From an uncultured delta proteobacterium (GTDB taxonomy: Bacteria > Myxococcota_A > Polyangia > Polyangiales > B10-G4): DNA of 64,000 bases. The DNA is taken from the NCBI GenBank assembly GCA_963727445.1, contig CAVSGI010000010.1, positions 224,001 to 288,000 of the forward strand, read 5' to 3'. Below the pieces are notes generated by a model. The model was not told the DNA's origin and ran no database searches. It saw nothing but the letters and a program-made list of their open reading frames with translations. The translations under genes and the position numbers were made by a program. Numbering within the stretch: position 1 is the stretch's first letter; the number at the start of each line of letters is the position of its first letter. Of this stretch, positions 56,296 to 64,000 are shown in pieces.

Positions 56296-57281
56296 ATGGC
56301 GTTGGCGGCCGCGGTTTCAGACCCACCCCGGTGGGAGCTCTACCGGCTCTTGGCCGAGCCCGTGCGCCTGCGCCTCTTGGCTCTCTGCTCCGAAGAGGAG
56401 CTCGCGATCGGGGAGCTGGCCGAGCTGCTGGGCGAGGGACAGCCCAAGGTCTCGCGCCACGTGGCACCGCTGAAGCGCGCGGGCCTGGTCTCGGTCCGCA
56501 AGCAGGGCACCCGCGCGCTGGCCCGCCTCGCCGAGGGTGTCACCAGCGATCCGGTGATCGCCGATGCGCTGCGCGAGGGCCGCGCCCTCTGTGAGTCGGA
56601 CGGGAGCCTCACGCGCGTCGCCGACGTCGTCCGCGCGCGCGAAGCGGCCGCGCGCGAGTTCTTCTCGAGGCCGGGCACCGAGGAGGCGCGCGGACTGCCC
56701 AGTGAGCTGCCCGCGTATCTCACGGCCCTCGCGCCGCTCCTCGCGCATCGCCAGCTGGCGGTGGATGCGGGCACCGGAGACGGAAGCCTGCTCGACGTCC
56801 TGGCGCCCGTCTTCGAGCGCGTGATCGGCGTCGACCGCGAAGAAGCGCAGCTCGACCGCGCCCGCGCTCGCCTCGCGGCCCGCGGCTACGACAACGTCAC
56901 GCTCCATCAGGGCGAGTACGACGACGCGTCTCTGCTCTCGCTCGTCGAAGAGAGCGGCGGCGCCGACGTGGTCTTCGCGGCGCGGGTTCTTCATCACGCG
57001 TCGCGCCCGGGACGCGCGCTCACGCGCGCTCACGCGCCTCGCGAAGCCGGGCGGCGCGGTCGTGGTCATCGACTACCGCGCGCCACGACGACGAAGCCCT
57101 GCGCGACAAGCAGGCCGACCAGTGGCTCGGCTTCGAAGGACAAGAGCTTCTCCGCTTCGCGGAGGCCGCGGGGCTCGAAGAGCCCTCGATCACCCGAATC
57201 GACGCGTCACGCTGTGGCGACGGCCCGGACGGGCACCTGGATTGGCAGGTGCTGGTCGCGCGTCGCCCGGAAGACGACTGA
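56296..57281 (+). CDS. sahR: ArsR-HTH + SAM-binding methyltransferase-fold regulator, SahR-like (frameshifts near 57025-57080)
   Basis: LAEPVRLRLL...GELAELLGEGQPKVSRH; VDAGTGDG; RVLHH; directly upstream of ahcY. Confidence 0.75.
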
Positions 57282-58671
<1,390 letters not shown>

Positions 58672-58688
58672 GGTAGAGAGAGCTTCGC

Positions 58689-58729
58689 CGACAACGCCCC
58701 CCGTCGCTCAGCGACGGGGGGCGTTGTCG
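58689..58729. terminator. 19-bp perfect stem-loop between convergent genes
   Basis: CGACAACGCCCCCCGTCGC-TCA-GCGACGGGGGGCGTTGTCG; no clear U-tract. Confidence 0.65.
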
Positions 58730-58750
58730 TCTCGAAGGGATGGGGTCGTG

Positions 58751-58794
58751 TCCCGTTCCCGCTCCCGCTCTCGTTCCCGTTCCCGTTCCCGTTC
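58751..58794 (+). repeat. (CCCGTT/CCCGCT)n intergenic microsatellite
   Basis: ~7 hexamers read directly. Confidence 0.8.
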
Positions 58795-58800
58795 ATCGCC

Positions 58801-59748
58801 TCACCACTTCGCCTCGCGCTCGAGGAAGCGCTCGATGGCCGGCAGCACCACCTCCGGCCGCTCGACAAGCGCGAAGTGACTGGCGCGCATCAGGGCCATC
58901 CGCTGTGCATGCGGCATCCGTCTCGCGATCTCTCGCGACTGCCGCGCCGGCGTCAGGACGTCGAGCGCCCCGCTGATCACCAGCGCGGGCGCGTCGATCT
59001 CCGGCAAGAGGTGATAGACCGAGTGCGCGTCCAGCTCCTGGAAGAGGCGCATGTAGTTGTCGAAGCTCTCGCCGAAGACGTCCTCGCGATACGCGGCGAG
59101 CATCGGGCGCAATGACAGCGCCTTCGGTCCGGCGGTGAGCACGAACATGAGGGCCGTCGGCACTTCGGTCAGACGACCGAGGGTGCCCGCGAGCCGCGAG
59201 ACGAAGGCGCGTCCTCGCGCCAGCTCGGCGATGCGGTGCAAGCGCTTCGGCAGCGCGGGGATCGAGAAGAAGGGCTGAAAGCCGCTCGACATCGTGTGGC
59301 CGTAGGTTCCGTTCAACAGCACCAGACCCGCGACGCGCTGTGCGTGGGTCGCGGCGACGTCGAGAGATACCTGTACGCCCATGCTCCACCCGCAGAGCAC
59401 GGCGCGATCCGTCTCTTCGGTCGCCAGGATGGCCGCGGCGTCCTCGACGTGATTGGTGACCTGTAGCCGTCGCGGGATGCGCGGCGTGTCCGAGTCGAAG
59501 AGCCCGCGGTAGTCCCAGGTGATGAGGCGGTAGTCCTCCCACAGGCGGTCGAGGAGCGGACCCCAGGCGTAGAGTCGACCCCCGAGGCCGTTCGCCAGCA
59601 GGATGGTGCGATCGCCCTTGCCGACCACGAAATAGGTGATCCGGGTGCCGTCCTCGGAGACGCACTCCCGCCGGTGCCAGGTCTCTCGCCAGGGAGCGTC
59701 CCGATAGCGCTCGGGGATGGGCCCCGAGAGGGGAGGGACGGTGGGCAT
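58801..59748 (-). CDS. Alpha/beta hydrolase
   Basis: [30 protein letters not shown]. Confidence 0.88.
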   Translation of the reverse strand: MPTVPPLSGPIPERYRDAPWRETWHRRECVSEDGTRITYFVVGKGDRTILLANGLGGRLYAWGPLLDRLWEDYRLITWDYRGLFDSDTPRIPRRLQVTNHVEDAAAILATEETDRAVLCGWSMGVQVSLDVAATHAQRVAGLVLLNGTYGHTMSSGFQPFFSIPALPKRLHRIAELARGRAFVSRLAGTLGRLTEVPTALMFVLTAGPKALSLRPMLAAYREDVFGESFDNYMRLFQELDAHSVYHLLPEIDAPALVISGALDVLTPARQSREIARRMPHAQRMALMRASHFALVERPEVVLPAIERFLEREAKW

Positions 59749-59813
59749 GGCTCCAATCATACGCCGAAGGTCTGGGAGAGGGCGCTCACCGATTTTCGTG
59801 ACGTCGGACAGTT

Positions 59814-60518
59814 ATGGTGCGACGATACGCCGACATGGGACTGGTGGATGGCGAGGCGGGGCTGCACCTGGTTCGCGAAGCGCTCGAAGGAGTCATCGAG
59901 CCAACGGCGGCCTCGGCCGCGCTTTTCGAGGCCCTCGAGCGGCAGGGAACGGACGAGCTTCCCGGCTCCAGTACCGAGCTACTGGATTTCGTCCGGGGTC
60001 CGCTGCACACGGTGGTGGCGCGGCGCATCGGCGTCGTGGGCGCCGACGAGCTCGTCGAGCGGATGGAGCGAACGGTGGAGCGCGTCGAGAGTGGCCTGCC
60101 GCTTCGCGCCGGGGGCGCCAACACCCTCGAGATCATGATCGGGACGGGCCCGGTCCGCGTCCTGTCGGTGTCGACGAGCACCGCCCTGGCCGTTCGCCTG
60201 CGCGCGGCCCTCGGCGGCATGCAAGTCCACGTGGTGAGCGCGTCCGGTCTGGCGGAGGCGGAGGTCGAAAGCGCCAAGCTCGACCCCGACGTGGTGGTCA
60301 TCGATGCCACCGCCCCGGTCACCGATGACGGCGAAGGCGTCATGCGCTTCCTGAGCAAGCTCAAGCCGACCACCACCTCCGTGCTCTGGGGAGAGGAGCT
60401 CTCCTTCGGGCGCACGCTCGAGCACGAGGCCGTGCAGCGAAAGGTCAAGCTCACGACCGTGGAGCGGGCGGAGGGTGTGGATCTGCTCCTCGATCTCATC
60501 CGCTCTCGGCACAACTGA
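59814..60518 (+). CDS. Hypothetical protein (possible receiver-like C-terminal fold)
   Basis: GC3-rich frame; VRVLSVS...PDVVVIDA. Confidence 0.6.
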   Translation: MVRRYADMGLVDGEAGLHLVREALEGVIEPTAASAALFEALERQGTDELPGSSTELLDFVRGPLHTVVARRIGVVGADELVERMERTVERVESGLPLRAGGANTLEIMIGTGPVRVLSVSTSTALAVRLRAALGGMQVHVVSASGLAEAEVESAKLDPDVVVIDATAPVTDDGEGVMRFLSKLKPTTTSVLWGEELSFGRTLEHEAVQRKVKLTTVERAEGVDLLLDLIRSRHN

Positions 60519-60551
60519 GCTTCGGCACGGGCCGTGGTACCTTTCTCCGCG

Positions 60552-61217
60552 ATGCGCATCGGACTGACGGCCGCGTGCCTCCTCTCTGCGATGGGGTGCA
60601 TCTCCCAGGCTCCTCGCGTGGGTTACACGCCCTCGGGGATGGCGGGCAACGCCGTCTTCTTCGTCGAGTCACGCGCGGATCAGGACCGGCAGTATCTGGT
60701 GCTCTGCCATCCGCAGCGGACGCCGCCCTGCGCGCGCGTCGCTCCGGGCACCATTCGCAACGAGCAGGAGCTCGCGCATTGGGTCGAGACGCAGGAGGCG
60801 GCGCGCCGCGGTCGACCGCCGGCCCCGCGCCGTCCGAGCCCCGCCGCCGCCCCCGCGGCGCGCGCGCACGTTCCGCTCGTCGCCGATGACGACGATTGGA
60901 CCGAGTCCTCTGTGGTGGTCGACCAGCCACATCCGCCGAGCGAGGGGCCGCCCCCCGCTCCGTCGCCGGGCGTCGGCACGGTGAACGTCGTCACCCCAGG
61001 CGGCTGGGCGAATGTCTATGACTCGGACGGACATTTCCTGGGGCAGACGCCGATCCAGCTTCGGCTCCGCGCCGGAACGCAGGAGCTCTCGATGCGGCCT
61101 TTCGGGCAGCCGCCCGGGGACGCCGAGCCGCTGCGGGTGAACGTGGTCTCCGAGGAGTCGGTGACCATCGTGCGCCGTCTCGAAGGGACGCCCGACGTCG
61201 TCAGCGCGCAGCCCTGA
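60552..61217 (+). CDS. Lipoprotein with PEGA-like domain
   Basis: AMGC lipobox, Pro-rich linker, VVTPGGWANVYD...LGQTP. Confidence 0.6.
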   Translation: MRIGLTAACLLSAMGCISQAPRVGYTPSGMAGNAVFFVESRADQDRQYLVLCHPQRTPPCARVAPGTIRNEQELAHWVETQEAARRGRPPAPRRPSPAAAPAARAHVPLVADDDDWTESSVVVDQPHPPSEGPPPAPSPGVGTVNVVTPGGWANVYDSDGHFLGQTPIQLRLRAGTQELSMRPFGQPPGDAEPLRVNVVSEESVTIVRRLEGTPDVVSAQP

Positions 61218-61232
61218 CCGCGGCGTGCGCGC

Positions 61233-62066
61233 TCAACCTTCGAGCAGCGCGAAGATGCGCCGCGCCAGATCGCGAGCCTGATGTTTCTGCGGGTTGTGGC
61301 CGCCGGTCGGGTACGCGGCGATCTCGGCGCCAGGAATGACCTGCGCCAGCTCTTCGCCGATCGCCGGCTCGGCCATGTAGTCGTCCTCGGCGTAGGCGAC
61401 GAGGGTGGGCGCGCGCACCGCCTCCGCCCGTCGCCTCGCGCGGTCGAAGTCGATCGCCATCACCACCGACAGGTCCAATCGGAGCTCGTCGCGGGTCAGC
61501 GAATCGGCGTGCGGAAAACGCATCCGGCGATAGAGCTCGCGCGAGCGACGCACCATGAGTGAGCCGAGGAGCGGCAAGCCCGCGGCGTGGTGAACCACGC
61601 GGGCGCCGACCGGCGGCAGCGCCATGCCCTCGTGACGGCGTACGCCCACGCTCGAGATGACGCAGAGGGCGGTGACGCGATGAGGCACCATCGCCGCCGT
61701 CGCGATCGCCGCCGGTCCCCCCATCGAATGACCGACCACCGCGAAGCGCTCGACGCCAAGGACGTCCGCGAGGGCGATCACCAGTCGCGCGCGTCCGTCG
61801 GGCGAGTAGTCGTCCCAGCGCGCGCCCCTCGCTGCGCCGTAGCCCGGCAGGTCGAGGCGATGGACGCGGAGGCGCTCGGCGAGGAGCGGTGCGAGGTAAC
61901 GGTAGTCGCGCGTCGTGCCTGGGACGCCGGGGACGAGGAGGATCGCCGGGGCGTCGGCGGGGCCCTCGGCGGTCGCGCCGACGCGGGTGCCGAGCACGGC
62001 GTGCACCGTGACTTCGGCGTCGACGGGCTCGGGGAGGCCCGATTCGCTCTGCTGCCTCTGATTCAT
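61233..62066 (-). CDS. Alpha/beta hydrolase
   Basis: DLPGYG, GHSMGG, GGHNPQ. Confidence 0.88.
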   Translation of the reverse strand: MNQRQQSESGLPEPVDAEVTVHAVLGTRVGATAEGPADAPAILLVPGVPGTTRDYRYLAPLLAERLRVHRLDLPGYGAARGARWDDYSPDGRARLVIALADVLGVERFAVVGHSMGGPAAIATAAMVPHRVTALCVISSVGVRRHEGMALPPVGARVVHHAAGLPLLGSLMVRRSRELYRRMRFPHADSLTRDELRLDLSVVMAIDFDRARRRAEAVRAPTLVAYAEDDYMAEPAIGEELAQVIPGAEIAAYPTGGHNPQKHQARDLARRIFALLEG

Positions 62067-62067
62067 C

Positions 62068-62886
62068 TCAGTTGCTTTCAGGCGCGAAAGGACGGAGCTC
62101 GACTTCGCCGTTTTCCACCTCGACCCAGGTGGACTCTCGGATCGCGACCCAGTCGTCCATCTCGGAGAGCGGCTCGGAGACGATCGCGCGCGCGTCGTCG
62201 CTGAAGCTGTCCGCGTCCGGGTGGAGGTTGCGCAGGGCGTCGGCGTGCTTGCTGTAGAACAGCGTGCGCGACTCGCGCTCCGTGGAGTAGCGCACCGCGT
62301 AGATGCGTTTTCCGTCGCTGATGCCGAGGGTCATCATCAATGGGTGCGCGATGCCGGCGGCCTGGCAGGTCGACTCGACGAAGCGCGCCATCTCGGCGAC
62401 ACCCTTTCGGGGCTCGTCCATCAATCCGAAGGTGAGCGCGAGGTGGAAGAGCAGCTCGGTGTCGGTGGTGCCGGCGATCTCGGAGTAGAGCGACGGGTCG
62501 ACGGCGAGAGCGAGCTCGCGGCGCACTCTGTCGAAGTCGCGGATCAAGCCGTTGTGCATGAAGAGCCAGCGCCCGTGGCGAAACGGGTGGCAGTTGGTCT
62601 GCTGCACCAGGGTGCCGGTGGTCGCGCGGATGTGCGCGAGGAAGAGCGGCGACCGCACCTGTGCCGCGATCTCCCGGAGGTTCTGGTCGTTCCACGCGGG
62701 CCGGATGTCGCGGAAGAGCGCCGGCGTCTCGCGCTGCCCATACCAGCCGACGCCGAACCCGTCGCCGTTCATCGGAAGCTCACCCATGCGCGAGTCGCGG
62801 CTCTGCTGCGCGAGGGAGTGCTTTGCTTTGAAGAGGAGCTCCTCGAGGTAGAGGGGCGCCCCGGAGTAGGCGAGCCAGCGGCACAT
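62068..62886 (-). CDS. Class II glutamine amidotransferase (YafJ/EgtC-like)
   Basis: N-terminal MCRW, NGDGFGVGWY, AHIRAT, NCHPF, HNG, TTDTE. Confidence 0.9.
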   Translation of the reverse strand: MCRWLAYSGAPLYLEELLFKAKHSLAQQSRDSRMGELPMNGDGFGVGWYGQRETPALFRDIRPAWNDQNLREIAAQVRSPLFLAHIRATTGTLVQQTNCHPFRHGRWLFMHNGLIRDFDRVRRELALAVDPSLYSEIAGTTDTELLFHLALTFGLMDEPRKGVAEMARFVESTCQAAGIAHPLMMTLGISDGKRIYAVRYSTERESRTLFYSKHADALRNLHPDADSFSDDARAIVSEPLSEMDDWVAIRESTWVEVENGEVELRPFAPESN

Positions 62887-62908
62887 GGCCGGCGAGTGTA
62901 GCAACGGC

Positions 62909-63688
62909 TCAATCCCGGTTGCACGAGCGCTGAAGGAACCCTTCGGCGGCGAACGCGCGAAAGAGATCCTTCCACACCGGCCAGCGGTGACCGCCGGCCG
63001 CGACGTGGACCGCGCGCGGCGGCAGGGTGTGCGCGAGCAGGGTGTGGCCTCGAACGAAGCGATCGTCGCGGCCGTAGCCGAGGTGCATCTCGACCCGGGA
63101 GCCGTCCGTTCGCTCCGGCTTGGTCGCGAAGCGCCACACGCCCCGGAAGAACTCTCCCTCGCCGCGTCGCCAGAAGCGATCGGCGACCGGCGGGGCGTGG
63201 GCGCGCCAGGCGCGCGCGCCGCCGGCATCCTCGATCTCGTCGAGCGCGCTTCCGCCGCCGAGATAGGGCGCGAGCAGGACCACGCCGTCGACCTGATCGG
63301 GTTCGGCGGCGGCCGCGGCGAGCGCGCCCATCCCGCCCAGGGAGATGCCCACCAGCCATACTTTCTCGTAGCGTTCGCGCGCCGGCCCGAGGACGTCCTG
63401 CTCGAAGCGATCGACGAAGACGCGATCGCGGTAGTAGCCGAAGTGCGCGTCGACGGCTGCCACGTCGGCGCGCACGCCGGCGCGGCGAAGCTCGGCGTCG
63501 AAGCCGTTGGCGCGGTAGTCCTCGGGCGAATCGCCGAGCCCCGGCAGGAGCACCACCAGACAGCGGGCGTCCGCCGCGTCGTCCTGCAGGTCCACGACCC
63601 GCATCGGCGTCGCGGGTGCCGGCGCCGGCGGCATGCAGCCGGCGCAGAGCGCGAGGAGACCAACGACGGTGGCGTGGAGCTTCCCCAC
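62909..63688 (-). CDS. Alpha/beta hydrolase lipoprotein
   Basis: CAGC lipobox, LLPGLGD, GISLGG, LAPYLG, GGHRW. Confidence 0.8.
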   Translation of the reverse strand: MGKLHATVVGLLALCAGCMPPAPAPATPMRVVDLQDDAADARCLVVLLPGLGDSPEDYRANGFDAELRRAGVRADVAAVDAHFGYYRDRVFVDRFEQDVLGPARERYEKVWLVGISLGGMGALAAAAAEPDQVDGVVLLAPYLGGGSALDEIEDAGGARAWRAHAPPVADRFWRRGEGEFFRGVWRFATKPERTDGSRVEMHLGYGRDDRFVRGHTLLAHTLPPRAVHVAAGGHRWPVWKDLFRAFAAEGFLQRSCNRD

Positions 63689-63728
63689 GGAGCGATCGAT
63701 AGGGCACGGGGCAGGATGCGTAAAGCCC

Positions 63729-64000
63729 TCAAAGGTCGAGGAGCGCGCGCACCCGACGTGAGACCTTCTCGTCCCACTCGGTGACGGGGAGTCCCGTGCA
63801 CTCGGCGGCGATGGCGGCGACGTCCAGCACCTTTCCCGCGCTCTCCACACGCCCCTCGTCGAAGTGGGTCATGTCGGGGTGAGGCAGCGTGGTGCGCACC
63901 AGGGCGCGCAGCTGCACCACCTCCCACGCCGTCCACCCTTTGGCCCAGGAGGGGATGGTGTAGGCGCCGCGGCCGGCGATCACCGCGCGGAACGCCTCGG
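63729..64000 (-). CDS. Hypothetical protein, 3' end only
   Basis: Open frame from window end to TGA at 63729. Confidence 0.45.
   Translation of the reverse strand, partial: EAFRAVIAGRGAYTIPSWAKGWTAWEVVQLRALVRTTLPHPDMTHFDEGRVESAGKVLDVAAIAAECTGLPVTEWDEKVSRRVRALLDL

Noticed and set aside
62068..62886. Ergothioneine cluster (egtC)
   Set aside because: No egtB/egtD adjacent; left as generic class II glutamine amidotransferase

Overview
High-GC chromosomal window whose gene content points to a myxobacterium (MYXO-CTERM protein, many Cys-rich lipoproteins, Ser/Thr kinase; lineage is an inference). About 50 densely packed CDS: housekeeping and metabolic genes (argS, gpmI, ahcY with a SahR-like regulator, biotin carboxylase, acyl-CoA dehydrogenase, a LeuD-LeuC-like fusion, boxC/boxB), many secreted lipoproteins, and hydrolases. 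Many conserved genes carry short indels, probably long-read errors. No rRNA, tRNA or CRISPR-Cas was seen. The standout is a ~2.4 kb cassette (25855-28272) between convergent gpmI and a DUF1176-like gene. It encodes a HUH/Y1 (RAYT/TnpA-like) endonuclease with a C-terminal HTH-like region, flanked on both sides by same-orientation tandem arrays of a 51-bp double-hairpin repeat (~12.5 and ~17 copies). The two arrays are ~75% identical, keep their stems, and show one-sided decay. A second candidate is a 66-aa peptide translationally coupled to a radical SAM/SPASM enzyme, downstream of an M14 peptidase. Start codons and frameshift positions were read by eye and are approximate.
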